A stretch of DNA of 58,598 bases from an uncultured Clostridiaceae bacterium (GCA_964427595.1 CAYRUQ010000006.1:1-58598), one strand, 5' to 3'. Shown: positions 18,453-28,867, counted from the first letter of the stretch. Notes: generated by a model from the letters alone, not told the origin. Program-made: numbers and translations.

Positions 18453-18821
18453 TTAAACTTCAGCTTCTTTGATGTGTTCTAAGAATATGTTTTCGTAGGT
18501 TTCAAAAGCAAAATCGATGATCAAAGTCGTATCAGTCGAGAGATAATTTCGGCCTTTCATCTTTATATGAAGATGAGAATCTAGACAAGAAACTTCTTCA
18601 TAGATATAAGAATCGGCTTCTTCTCCTTCTATAGTTAAAGATGAGACATTTTTAAAGACTAATTTTAATAAATCTCCGTTGATATGACAGTGATCTTCAT
18701 CTTTATCATCACAACTTGAGTCATCGACAATCAAAAAAGATAAGGAGTCTTCGTCTCTTTCATAACGGATGAATTCACATCTTTTAAGAAGAGAAGAAAG
18801 CTGTTCATCTTGTTGATTCAT
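18453..18821 (-). CDS. Hypothetical acidic protein
   Basis: 122-aa ORF overlapping the upstream gene by 17 bp, ending just before a terminator. Confidence 0.7.
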   Translation of the reverse strand: MNQQDEQLSSLLKRCEFIRYERDEDSLSFLIVDDSSCDDKDEDHCHINGDLLKLVFKNVSSLTIEGEEADSYIYEEVSCLDSHLHIKMKGRNYLSTDTTLIIDFAFETYENIFLEHIKEAEV

Positions 18822-19269
18822 CTTTATTAGAATCCTCTGTATTTTCTAATTCTTCTGTTTTTTCTGCTTTTTCAAGCTTGCTAAGAGAGGAGAGAAATTC
18901 ACTATCAGTCAAACCTTCAGTTTTCTTTTCTTCTTCCATCTCGACGATTTTATTGTTGACGACTTCTTTTGTGACTTCTAGTTTCCCGCTCGGTTTTTTA
19001 AAGAAGAGCATATAAGCCCAAATAAGAAGAAGCAAAACAGTCAGCACCCACATCAAGGTGATGATGATCACATCTGAAGTGGTCGGTCCTTCTATCTCAA
19101 CAGAATTAGAAGTGTTACTAGAATCACCAAACAGAGTCAAACCTTTAGCGAGAGAGATACTCATTCCGATTGAAAAATAAAGCAAGATGACAAACACGAG
19201 AAAACAACAGGCGAATTCCACCCAGTCGAGTTTGCTCAGTTTTTTAAATCTTTCTTTAAGCTTGTTCAT
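18805..19269 (-). CDS. Hypothetical membrane protein (2 TM, Glu-rich tail)
   Basis: Two hydrophobic helices, host-like codon usage. Confidence 0.75.
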   Translation of the reverse strand: MNKLKERFKKLSKLDWVEFACCFLVFVILLYFSIGMSISLAKGLTLFGDSSNTSNSVEIEGPTTSDVIIITLMWVLTVLLLLIWAYMLFFKKPSGKLEVTKEVVNNKIVEMEEEKKTEGLTDSEFLSSLSKLEKAEKTEELENTEDSNKDESTR

Positions 19270-19353
19270 TTCAATAAAAAGTATAGAGAAGTGAAGGTGA
19301 GAAATCTACTTAAATAAGAGAAGAAAAGACGTGGATTTCTTCTTAGTTCAAAC

Positions 19354-19383
19354 AAAAACTGTGACCATGTAAGTCACAGTTTT
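19354..19383 (-). terminator. Intrinsic terminator after yebC
   Basis: AAAACTGTGAC-CATGTAA-GTCACAGTTTT. Confidence 0.8.
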
Positions 19384-19404
19384 GATGAGTCTTAATTAGG
19401 AGAA

Positions 19405-20127
19405 TTAGATATCGGCGTTATGGTAGACTTCCTGAACATCCTCGATATCATCGAGAGTGTCGAGCAAGTTTTGGAACTTGACGCTATCTTCTTCATTTAA
19501 GGTCACATATTCACCATTAGGGACATAAGTGACAGCGGCTAAAGAATAGTCTTCGATATTGAAATCATTTTTCAAGACTTCCTTAGCTTTATCAAGGTCC
19601 GTAGAAGAGACTTGAACTTCGATGGTGTTTTCATCTTTATCGACATCCTTGACATCGACATCGTTGAGGATGAGATCTTCTTCAATCTCTTCGACAGTCT
19701 TATCACTTTCAAAATCTAAAACACCTAAGAGAGTGAAGCTATAAGAGACACAACCAGAATCGCCAAGCTTTCCACCATGATGGTTGAAAGCAGCTCTGAC
19801 TGCTGAGAAAGCTCTCTTGTCGTTATCAGTTAAAGTGTCGACCATGATAGCGACTCCACCAGGACCAAAGCCCTCGTATCTGCCGCTATTATAAGATTCA
19901 GAATCCTTGCTTTTAGCCTTAGCGATAGCACGATCGATGACTTCTTTAGTGACGTGCTGAGCTTTCCATTTTTCAATAGCTGATCTTAAAGCGAGATTCT
20001 CATTAGGGTCAGGAACACCGGATTTAGCAGCCATATAAATCTCTTTGCTTGCACGATTGTACAAAGCGGATTTAGCTGCGTTGGTCTGTGCGATTTTCTT
20101 GGCTCTAACTTCATGTGCTCTGCCCAT
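19405..20127 (-). CDS. yebC: YebC/PmpR family protein
   Basis: MGRAHE, PDP..N..LR.AI, YEGFGPGG, LTDN..R, EDVQEVYHNA. Confidence 0.95.
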   Translation of the reverse strand: MGRAHEVRAKKIAQTNAAKSALYNRASKEIYMAAKSGVPDPNENLALRSAIEKWKAQHVTKEVIDRAIAKAKSKDSESYNSGRYEGFGPGGVAIMVDTLTDNDKRAFSAVRAAFNHHGGKLGDSGCVSYSFTLLGVLDFESDKTVEEIEEDLILNDVDVKDVDKDENTIEVQVSSTDLDKAKEVLKNDFNIEDYSLAAVTYVPNGEYVTLNEEDSVKFQNLLDTLDDIEDVQEVYHNADI

Positions 20128-20250
20128 ATTCAGTACCCCTTATCTATATGTTTTCTCCATGAAAAAAGGAGAAAATTCATATAGATAATTATAAATTATG
20201 TTCATTTATAGACAATAGAAAAATCATGTATCGAAAGAAGATTTAAGCGA

Positions 20251-23025
20251 TCACTCATCCGGTTTAAGACAGTCAACTGGATTCTTTCTACTTGCTTGAT
20301 AGGAGGGAATCAAAGCGGCTAAGAAGGCGATGATCAAAGATAAAGCGATGATGATTAAAGCATGCTCAAATGTGAAGTGACAGATGTTTTCAACATTGTA
20401 ATTCGGATAGTAAGAAGCAAGAAGTGAGTTGACTGGGAAAGTGAGTACATAACCAAAAAGTGAACCTAAAACACCCGTGAAAAGACCTAGTGTCAAAGCT
20501 TCTATTTCAAAAAGAAGAGCGATATCAAATTTTCTAGAACCCAGTGCTCTTAATAGACCGATTTCCCTTTCTCTTTCCATGACATTCTTAGAAGTGGTCA
20601 CCGCAATCATAGCGATAGTGATAACTAGACAGATGATGGCGAAAATGATCAAGATAGTTGTCGCTAATTCGATCGTCTGAGCGACATTTTCAATCATCCA
20701 TGAGACATTGGCATCAGCATAATAGATTTGTTCTGAGCTTGAAGAAGCATGAACTTCAGAATCACTTACTATCTCATTAAATGAATCGATAGCGTCTAAG
20801 ATATCATTTCTAGTTATAAGACTAGTCGGTATGATGATGATAGATGAGATAAGTCCATAACCAGATAGGCAAGCTGCGATTCCTAACATGTACTGATAGA
20901 CAGTATCAATGACACCATTTTGAAGTGCTGTAGTAATTTCATCGATGATTCCGTTGATACTATCTTCATCAGATAAATCGATACCTCTCATCGAATCTGG
21001 AACGATATCAGAACCATAAGTCATCGCTTGAGAAATCAGATTAGAGAGACCAGAGTAAGTTCTTCCGCTCGTGATATCCCAGTTATAGAAATAAGTGTTG
21101 AAGAACGAGTTTAGTTCTGTTGAAGGAAGGATGCTTGAATCACTCTCCATATAGGAATCAAAAATCTCTTCTAATTCGCTGATGAAGGTCATCTGATCAC
21201 TACCTTCTGGGAAGCGAACATAAAAGTTATTGGCTAAATTGGTGCAGAATTCACTGTCTAAATTTTCCTGATAAAAATCATTCTGAAGTTCAGGCATATA
21301 GCACAGAGAGGGAGAAAGAAGCGTGTAATTAGAAGTTGATTTAGCTCTGATGATACCGGTGATAGTCAGTGTTGTTCCGTTATTTTCGTAAAACTCAGCT
21401 AATTGAGATGAAGAAGGAGAAGAATAGGTGTACATATCACGATTGATACCAAGGCCATCAGTGACAGAAGCGACGCTTGAAAAGGAGAAATACTCATCAT
21501 TTAAGAAGACTTTATATTCTTTTCCGATGACATCAGAGAAGGAGATAGGAGTGACTTTTGTCTCTAATTCAGCGTTCTTGACATCATCTTCACTATCACT
21601 GCTGTTATAAAAGCCGAGAGCTCTCAAAATTGAAAAGCTGACGCTGTTATATTGATCGACGACTAAGACCATCTCGTTTTTGGCTTGGGGCAATTTGCCA
21701 GTGAGTAAATCATAGTCATCTAAGTCACCATATAAGACATGGAAGATATTGGTAGGAAGACCAGCTGAAGAAGCGAGAGAGTTTGAACTAGTGATTGAGG
21801 TGTTGACTGTTCCTATATAACCATCACTTTCCCCATCTATCGAAGCTGGAAACTCAGTCATCAAATTCATCGCACTTGAGAAGGAATAATTGATGACATA
21901 TTCAGAAGCTAATCCCTCATCGACTAAGGTATCAAGGTAATTGATGAATTTCGGAGTGAAGTTGTTGTAGTAATAAGAGGTGTTAGTGATGCTGTTTAGT
22001 GAGACCTTCGGATAGATTTCTTCGACATCAGGATAAGAAACAGAGGCGTTTACTTCAGCATAAGTTTCAGTATCCGTCTGAGTGGTGGTTGTATAAGATG
22101 TTAAGACTATCGGAAGAGAGGAGGCTGTCACTGAACTAAGCTCAGTCGTATACTCGCTAAAACCCGTATTCATAGAGAAGACAAACGCTAAACCGATCAT
22201 TCCGATAGAAGAAGTGACACAGGTGATGATAGTCTTCCACTTCTTGGTGAAGATGTTATGGAAAGCCATCTTGATGTTCATCAAAAGAGGAAGTCGGCTC
22301 TTTCTCTTGACATAGCTTTCACATTCTTCTTGGGTTACTTGAACTTCTTCAGTTTGAAGGCTATCAGAGACGACTACACCATCTTTTAGTCTGATGATTC
22401 TATCAGCGTATTTGTTAGCTAACTCCTCGTTATGAGTGACCATGATGACGAGTCTTGATTTAGAGATCTCTTTTAAGGTGTTCATGATCTCTTCAGAGTT
22501 TTTGCTATCAAGAGCACCCGTCGGCTCGTCAGCTAGGATGATTCTAGGGTCTGTAGCTAAAGCTCTAGCGATAGCTACTCTTTGTTGTTGACCACCAGAA
22601 AGCTGAGATGGTTTTTTATCTTTAAGATCACTGATTCCTATCTTTTCTAGCGCACTGAGAGCTTTCTCATCAACTTCTTTAGCTTTGTAATCTCTGACTG
22701 CTAGACCGATTTTCACATTATCTAAGGCTGAAAAATTAGTGATTAAAAAATAGTCTTGGAAGATGAAACCAATCTCGTTATTTCGATAGCTATCTAATTC
22801 TTTGGATTTGCAGTTCTTCAAAGAGACACCATCAGCGATGATATCTCCATCAGTGATGCTATCAAGTCCACCGATAAGATTAAGAAGAGTCGTCTTTCCG
22901 CAACCAGACGGGCCCAAAATAGCAACAAATTGTACAGAAGGGAAACTTAGAGAGATATCAGAAAGAGCACGAAAATCGCCGTTTTCGTTCTTATAGTCTT
23001 TAACCAAATTTTTGATTGCTAACAT
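20251..23025 (-). CDS. MacB/FtsX-type ABC transporter, fused ATPase-permease with large extracellular domain
   Basis: GPSGCGKT, LSGGQQQR, LADEPTGALD; FtsX C-terminus ERxREIGLLRALG...ASRKNPVDCL. Confidence 0.92.
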   Translation of the reverse strand: MLAIKNLVKDYKNENGDFRALSDISLSFPSVQFVAILGPSGCGKTTLLNLIGGLDSITDGDIIADGVSLKNCKSKELDSYRNNEIGFIFQDYFLITNFSALDNVKIGLAVRDYKAKEVDEKALSALEKIGISDLKDKKPSQLSGGQQQRVAIARALATDPRIILADEPTGALDSKNSEEIMNTLKEISKSRLVIMVTHNEELANKYADRIIRLKDGVVVSDSLQTEEVQVTQEECESYVKRKSRLPLLMNIKMAFHNIFTKKWKTIITCVTSSIGMIGLAFVFSMNTGFSEYTTELSSVTASSLPIVLTSYTTTTQTDTETYAEVNASVSYPDVEEIYPKVSLNSITNTSYYYNNFTPKFINYLDTLVDEGLASEYVINYSFSSAMNLMTEFPASIDGESDGYIGTVNTSITSSNSLASSAGLPTNIFHVLYGDLDDYDLLTGKLPQAKNEMVLVVDQYNSVSFSILRALGFYNSSDSEDDVKNAELETKVTPISFSDVIGKEYKVFLNDEYFSFSSVASVTDGLGINRDMYTYSSPSSSQLAEFYENNGTTLTITGIIRAKSTSNYTLLSPSLCYMPELQNDFYQENLDSEFCTNLANNFYVRFPEGSDQMTFISELEEIFDSYMESDSSILPSTELNSFFNTYFYNWDITSGRTYSGLSNLISQAMTYGSDIVPDSMRGIDLSDEDSINGIIDEITTALQNGVIDTVYQYMLGIAACLSGYGLISSIIIIPTSLITRNDILDAIDSFNEIVSDSEVHASSSSEQIYYADANVSWMIENVAQTIELATTILIIFAIICLVITIAMIAVTTSKNVMEREREIGLLRALGSRKFDIALLFEIEALTLGLFTGVLGSLFGYVLTFPVNSLLASYYPNYNVENICHFTFEHALIIIALSLIIAFLAALIPSYQASRKNPVDCLKPDE

Positions 23026-23104
23026 ATTTCCTCTCCCTTTTTCTTCATAAATTATAACTGAAACTAAAAGGGTAAAAAATCAAGGTAAAAATTGAAACAA
23101 ACAA

Positions 23105-24100
23105 TCAGTCAACGATAGTAAAAGAAACGATTTCGTCTTTCTTAGCTAAGAAAAGATGATCATGGATGATGAAAAGCTTTCTGATCATCGTGTAGAAGGT
23201 GGCTGTATAGACTTCTTCTAAAGTCTTCAAAGAGAAGACAACAAGCTTATTGGTGCCAGTGAAAGAGTGATGGAAGACGAGATATGCGTAATCGTCTTTG
23301 ATGTCATAAGAAGAAAGATGAAATGCTAATTGTTCATTAGGAAGTTTGAAACGAGAAGCTGCACGAGGATTGATCCCTCCTTTTACCACACGATATAAGT
23401 TTTTCTCATCGATAGAGAGATAGTTACCTCTTAAATGTAGGGTATCAATTTTATTAAAGGAGGCATCGAAAATAGCTAAACCGTCTTCCACTGGAATATA
23501 GAACTTATCATCGCATTTATAAGCTTCTTCTGGAATCGGCTCGATACCGAGTTCTTTATCACCCTCAGGAGTTCTCGCATAGATGTTAGTCTTGGTATAA
23601 ATGAATTCTTGAGTGCTATTTGTAGCAACTTCAATCTGTTCACAATCCTCTCTGATATTCTCACTTCTGATAAGAGAGATATTATCAAGTGAATAATAGC
23701 TGCATTTTGGATTATTGGTTTTATCAAAATACTCTTGTAAGTCTAAACCATTATTCGAATGTTCCATCTCTCTTGAAAAAATCAAGAGTGTATCGTTATC
23801 TTTGCAACAGATATCACGTACCTCTTCATAAGGATTTTCAAATAAATGTAAGAATCCGAGTTCTTGAAAATCAGGAAGAGAGAAAAGTTTAAGTCCATAA
23901 TCACCAGCTAAAAGGAAACATTTACTTTGATCAGGAGTCACCTTAAACATGTCATTTCCAAAGAGGATTGTCTTATCCTCGATAGGGTTAAAATCCTTAT
24001 CAGTGATAGTGATATGAAAATCATCCGAGATGATATATCCGTCTTTGTAAGAAGAGATGATATTGTTTCTGTTGAATTTGCGGTCAAATTTTAATTCCAT
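23105..24100 (-). CDS. Hypothetical protein, possibly beta-propeller
   Basis: 331-aa ORF with GGAG RBS overlapping the pepI end; beta-strand-like periodicity. Confidence 0.7.
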   Translation of the reverse strand: MELKFDRKFNRNNIISSYKDGYIISDDFHITITDKDFNPIEDKTILFGNDMFKVTPDQSKCFLLAGDYGLKLFSLPDFQELGFLHLFENPYEEVRDICCKDNDTLLIFSREMEHSNNGLDLQEYFDKTNNPKCSYYSLDNISLIRSENIREDCEQIEVATNSTQEFIYTKTNIYARTPEGDKELGIEPIPEEAYKCDDKFYIPVEDGLAIFDASFNKIDTLHLRGNYLSIDEKNLYRVVKGGINPRAASRFKLPNEQLAFHLSSYDIKDDYAYLVFHHSFTGTNKLVVFSLKTLEEVYTATFYTMIRKLFIIHDHLFLAKKDEIVSFTIVD

Positions 24101-24974
24101 TAGTTGTTTCTACTCCTTTAATGAATTTAGCAATTTCGTCTACACATTCTTTATTATCGTATAATGAGCCATGTCGATAGTCTTTAAAAAGAACCCATTT
24201 CTTCTCACCACCTAAATTGTCATAAATAGTCTTGTTAATTAATGGGGTCGATTCATCGTCAGTTCCTGAAAGAATAAGAGAAGGGACAGTGATTGAAGAA
24301 AGAGATGATGTGATATCTAATGAGGCTAAACTACCTTGTGGATAAAACTCGTTTGAACCCCAAAGAATCTTATAAGGGCTATTTTCATCTTTGGATATAC
24401 CTGAATTAGAAAGCTGTTCCTCGATGAATACATTCATATCGACTGGCTCATCATAAATGTATTTCTGGTAGTAGTGATATAAAGCGGTGAAATATTCAAG
24501 ACCGGTGAAATCATTAGTTTCAATCGCTTTATTGATAGCTTTTTGATTTTCCAAAGAAAGATATTTGATCAATCTTTGAGCTTCTTCCGTCCAAAGTTTT
24601 GAGGATGTGAGAGTTGAACAAAGAATGAGGCCTTTCAAACCCTTTGGTTTTTCATTAAGAGTATAAAGAAGAGCGAGAAGTCCACCCCAAGAATGACCTA
24701 AAAGATAATATTCTTTGATTTGAAGTGTGTTTATAAGATTCTTCAGTTCATCAATATAAGTCTCAACCTTATAAAGATGTCGAGGTAAGTCAGTTCCACC
24801 TATCTGGTCATATAAAATCCATTGTCTTTCAGTTAAAGAAACATATTCAGATAGAGATAAAAATCCTAACATATTACCACCAGGTCCACCATGAAGAAAG
24901 ATGATGGGAGGTAACTTGCTTTCTTCACCGATGATCTCGTAGTATGTCTTATAACCATTAAATGAGATATACAT
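24084..24974 (-). CDS. pepI: Proline iminopeptidase (alpha/beta hydrolase, PepI/F1-like)
   Basis: LHGGPGG, YDQIG, GHSWGG nucleophile, WGSNEF, GTDDESTP, RH. Confidence 0.88.
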   Translation of the reverse strand: MYISFNGYKTYYEIIGEESKLPPIIFLHGGPGGNMLGFLSLSEYVSLTERQWILYDQIGGTDLPRHLYKVETYIDELKNLINTLQIKEYYLLGHSWGGLLALLYTLNEKPKGLKGLILCSTLTSSKLWTEEAQRLIKYLSLENQKAINKAIETNDFTGLEYFTALYHYYQKYIYDEPVDMNVFIEEQLSNSGISKDENSPYKILWGSNEFYPQGSLASLDITSSLSSITVPSLILSGTDDESTPLINKTIYDNLGGEKKWVLFKDYRHGSLYDNKECVDEIAKFIKGVETTNGIKI

Positions 24975-25116
24975 AATTTTCCCCTGCTACATTCTAACAA
25001 GGTAGTAGTGGAAAATTAAGAGCTTATTCCCTTGCGGTAATAATTGTTCTCAATAAGTAAAAATTTACACATTTATTGAACATAAATACTTTTGACGCCT
25101 AATAATAGTTGATATG

Positions 25117-25140
25117 AAAAAGGCCGCAGAGATGCGGCCT
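25117..25140 (-). terminator. Intrinsic terminator of the hydrogenase operon
   Basis: AGGCCGCA-GAGA-TGCGGCCT with an A-run on the + strand (U-tail on the - strand). Confidence 0.85.
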
Positions 25141-25144
25141 GAAA

Positions 25145-26950
25145 TCAACCTTTAGTGACCGGAGTCGTCTTTTCAGTGACTTCTGGATAATCTTCTCTGT
25201 GGAAGTTATAAGAAGTATGAAGAAGCTTTTCGGCTAGATGAGAACCAGGATTGGTTAAGTAATCGTTATAAAGCTTGATGATATCGGGATTGAGATGACT
25301 TCTTCTAATCGGCTTGTTTTTATCCTCATCGTAGAGAACTTTCGCTCTCTTCTCTTTATAGGTATACCAGATATCGGGATCTTCGTTTGGATGGAAGATG
25401 GGGAAGACATAAGGTTGACCACCACCATTGATACAACCACCAGGGCAACCCATGACTTCGATGAAATCATACTTGGAAGTTCCAGCTCTGATTTGATCAA
25501 GGAGGATGGAAGCGTTCTTCATACCGGAGACAACAGCGACATTAAGCTGAGTGCCATCGATAGATAAGCTAGCTTCTTTGATACCTTCTAATCCTCTGAC
25601 AGGAGCGAAGTTGACAGGTTCCATCTCCTTATTGGTGACGATGTGATAAGCAGTTCTGATAGCTGCTTCCATGACACCACCAGTGACACCGAAGATGACA
25701 GCGGCTCCGGTATTTTCACCGATCAAATCATGATCGAAGTCCTCTTCAGGAAGACGATTCCAAATGATACCAGAACGACGGACTAACTGAGCAAACTCAC
25801 GAGTGGTCAAGACGACATCGACATCATCAATACCATCAACATTCTCAGCTTTTCTCTGTCTTTCAAACTTTTTAGCTGTACAAGGGACGATTGAGACGAC
25901 ACAGATTTGTGAACGATCTAAACCATTCTTTTCGGCATAGTAAGACTTGATGATAGCACCCATCATTTGTTGCGGCGACTTGCAAGAAGAGAGGTTAGGT
26001 AAGAGATCAGGATAGAAAAGCTCGATGTAATTGATCCATCCCGGTGAACAGGAGGTGAGCATAGGTTTAGCAGAATGTTGATAGAGACGTTTAACAAACT
26101 CGGTAGCTTCTTCCATGATGGTCAAATCAGCTCCGAAGTTTAAATCGAAGGCTCTATAGAAGCCGACACGATGCATAGCAGCTGCTAATTTTCCAGTGGA
26201 GTTAGTACCGATCTTCTCACCGAATTCTTCACCGATAGCAGCTCTGACTGCCGGGGCAGCAAAAGCGATGACGGTCTTGTGATCTTGGAAAGCTTTGTCG
26301 AGCTTAGAAAGGTCGTTATGTTCCATCAAAGCACCGGTAGGGCAAACAAGTGTGCACTGTCCGCACTGGATACAAGGAACAGTTGCAAAGGAGCGGTTAG
26401 CAACCGGAGCGACGATTGTCTCGAAACCACGATTTTCGAAACCTAAAATTCCGATTCCCTGTGTATCTTTACAAGCTTCGATGCAACGGCCACAAAGGAT
26501 ACACTTAGAAGTATCTCTGACGATACTAGGAGCGATCTCATCAGTGGTGACAGGCGTTTTAGCACCGGTATATAACTCGGCTCTAGCACCGACTTCACGA
26601 GCGACTTCTAAGAGTTCACAATGCCCGTTTTTACGGCAAGCTTGGCAGTTGTAGTAGTGATTGGAGAGAAGAAGCTCAACGGAAGTTCTTCTAGCTGAGA
26701 CAGCGGCAGGATCAGAGATAGAGATATGAAGACCATCTCTGACAGGATAAGCACAGCTAGGGATAAGTCTTCTTTCTCCTTCCACCTTGACGAGACAGAC
26801 ACGGCAGGAAGCTAAAGAGCACTTATTATCACGCCAGTTACATAAAGAAGGAATGTTAAATCCACAATTTCTAGCTGCTTCTAAGATGGAGAGACCTTCA
26901 TCAACGAGATAAGGATGGTTCTCGATAAAAATAGTGATTTTATTGGCCAT
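25145..26950 (-). CDS. hydA: [FeFe] hydrogenase catalytic subunit, group A3 (HydA/HndD)
   Basis: N-terminal 2Fe-2S, His-ligated and 2x4Fe-4S motifs; H-cluster motifs TSCSPGW, VPCTAKKFE, EVMGCPGGCINGGGQP; ATG at 26950 after AAGGAG. Confidence 0.95.
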   Translation of the reverse strand: MANKITIFIENHPYLVDEGLSILEAARNCGFNIPSLCNWRDNKCSLASCRVCLVKVEGERRLIPSCAYPVRDGLHISISDPAAVSARRTSVELLLSNHYYNCQACRKNGHCELLEVAREVGARAELYTGAKTPVTTDEIAPSIVRDTSKCILCGRCIEACKDTQGIGILGFENRGFETIVAPVANRSFATVPCIQCGQCTLVCPTGALMEHNDLSKLDKAFQDHKTVIAFAAPAVRAAIGEEFGEKIGTNSTGKLAAAMHRVGFYRAFDLNFGADLTIMEEATEFVKRLYQHSAKPMLTSCSPGWINYIELFYPDLLPNLSSCKSPQQMMGAIIKSYYAEKNGLDRSQICVVSIVPCTAKKFERQRKAENVDGIDDVDVVLTTREFAQLVRRSGIIWNRLPEEDFDHDLIGENTGAAVIFGVTGGVMEAAIRTAYHIVTNKEMEPVNFAPVRGLEGIKEASLSIDGTQLNVAVVSGMKNASILLDQIRAGTSKYDFIEVMGCPGGCINGGGQPYVFPIFHPNEDPDIWYTYKEKRAKVLYDEDKNKPIRRSHLNPDIIKLYNDYLTNPGSHLAEKLLHTSYNFHREDYPEVTEKTTPVTKG

Positions 26951-26955
26951 GTTCA

Positions 26956-28866
26956 TCACTCCTTGCTGATAGCACCAAAGTGGCAGCTAGCGATACAGCT
27001 ACCGCACTTGATACATTTGTTTGGATCAATCTTGTAAGGTTCTTTACCGACGACACCAGTGATGGCGTTGACAGGGCAGTTTCTCGAACAGAGTGAGCAC
27101 TTTCTGCACTTGACAGGGTCGATCGTATAAGAGATGAGGGTCTTACAGACACCAGCATCACACTTCTTATCCATGATGTGACGGACATAGACGTCACGGA
27201 ATTTGCTCAAAGTGGAGGTGATCGGGTTAGCAGCTGTCTGACCAAGTCCGCAAAGAGCACCGACTGAAATCGATTCTGCTAACTCTGAGAGCTTATCTAA
27301 ATCAGATAACTTAGCTTTACCATCGGTGATGTTGTTCATGAGCTCGAGTAACCTCTTGGTACCGATACGACACTGAGAGCATTTACCACAAGACTCATCG
27401 CAGATGAACTGCATATAGAATTTAGCGACATCGACCATGCAGTTATCTTCATCCATGACGATAGCACCGCCAGAACCCATCATCGAGCCGTGAGAGATGA
27501 GGGAATCATAATCGATTGGGACATCAAGTTCATCGATGGTCAAACAACCACCAGAAGGTCCACCAGTTTGAATGGCTTGGAACTTCTTGTCGTTTTGGAT
27601 ACCACCGCCGATGTCATAAATCAAAGTTCTTAAAGTCGTTCCCATCGGGACTTCGACTAAACCGACATTCTTGACTTTACCACCCAAAGCGAAAACCTTG
27701 GTGCCGGAGCTCTTAGGAGTTCCAATCTTAGCGAATTCTTCAGCTCCGATTCTGATGATGTAAGGGATGTTAGCTAAAGTCTCAACATTATTGATGATAG
27801 TAGGTTTACCCCAAAGACCGGAGACAGCTGGGAAAGGAGGTTTAGGTCTAGGCATACCTCTCTTACCTTCGATAGAGTTCATCAAAGCGGTCTCTTCACC
27901 GCAGACGAAAGCACCAGCTCCGTATCTTAAACCGATTCTGAAGGAGAAATCAGTTCCTAAGATGTTATCTCCTAAAAGACCGACTTCTTCCATTTGTTTA
28001 AGACAGGTCTTGATTCTGTCACAAGCGACAGGATATTCAGCTCTGATATAGAAATAACCTTGGGTAGCGCCGATCGCATAACCAGCGATCATCATACCTT
28101 CGATGACAGCTGCTGGATTACCTTCGAGAATCGATCTATCCATGAAGGCACCAGGATCACCTTCATCACCATTACAGATGACATATTTGATATCGCTGTT
28201 TTGATTTAAAGCGAATTGCCATTTACGACCGGTAGGGAAACCAGCTCCACCCCTGCCTCTGAGACCGGATTTAGTGATCTCATCGATGACAGCTTGTTTA
28301 TCCATCGTCAAGACTTTTCTTAAAGCTTTGAATCCATCATATCCGAAAGCTTCATCGAGATTTTCAGGATCGATGGTTCCACAGCCGTGGAGAGCGATTC
28401 TCATCTGTTTCTTATAGAAATTGATATCGTCTTGCTTGGTGATCTTCTCTTTAGTTGCTGGATCGACATAAAGAAGATCTTCAACGATCTTGTTGTTGAT
28501 GATGTCCTCTTCGATGATTCTTTTAGCATCCTCAGGTTTGACTCCGTGATAGAGAGTATCTTCAGGATAAATCTTGACGAAAGGACCTTGAGAGCAGAAA
28601 CCGAAGCAACCGACGATGTTGACGCTCACTTTCGAGGAGAGCTTATGGGCTTTGATCTCTTTTTTAAGTTCCTCAACTATTTGAGCAGAGTTAGAGGAAA
28701 GACAACCAGTACCGCCACAGACGACGATATGGCGCATATTGTCCTTGCCAGTGAATTTCTTGTCTAAGGTGACACTGCAGGAGGAGATTCTTTTATCCAA
28801 GGTGTTGAAATCTTTGATGAGAGCAGGTGCCTTGGCTTTCTTACTTGTCGTTTTTGTCGTTGCCAT
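26956..28866 (-). CDS. hydB: NADH/FMN-binding subunit of [FeFe] hydrogenase (HydB/HndC, NuoF-like)
   Basis: GLRGRGGAGFPTG, GDEGDPGAFMDR, GAGAFVCGEET, GGPSGG, ESCGKC..CR.G, C-terminal 2x4Fe-4S. Confidence 0.95.
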   Translation of the reverse strand: MATTKTTSKKAKAPALIKDFNTLDKRISSCSVTLDKKFTGKDNMRHIVVCGGTGCLSSNSAQIVEELKKEIKAHKLSSKVSVNIVGCFGFCSQGPFVKIYPEDTLYHGVKPEDAKRIIEEDIINNKIVEDLLYVDPATKEKITKQDDINFYKKQMRIALHGCGTIDPENLDEAFGYDGFKALRKVLTMDKQAVIDEITKSGLRGRGGAGFPTGRKWQFALNQNSDIKYVICNGDEGDPGAFMDRSILEGNPAAVIEGMMIAGYAIGATQGYFYIRAEYPVACDRIKTCLKQMEEVGLLGDNILGTDFSFRIGLRYGAGAFVCGEETALMNSIEGKRGMPRPKPPFPAVSGLWGKPTIINNVETLANIPYIIRIGAEEFAKIGTPKSSGTKVFALGGKVKNVGLVEVPMGTTLRTLIYDIGGGIQNDKKFQAIQTGGPSGGCLTIDELDVPIDYDSLISHGSMMGSGGAIVMDEDNCMVDVAKFYMQFICDESCGKCSQCRIGTKRLLELMNNITDGKAKLSDLDKLSELAESISVGALCGLGQTAANPITSTLSKFRDVYVRHIMDKKCDAGVCKTLISYTIDPVKCRKCSLCSRNCPVNAITGVVGKEPYKIDPNKCIKCGSCIASCHFGAISKE

Positions 28867-28867
28867 G

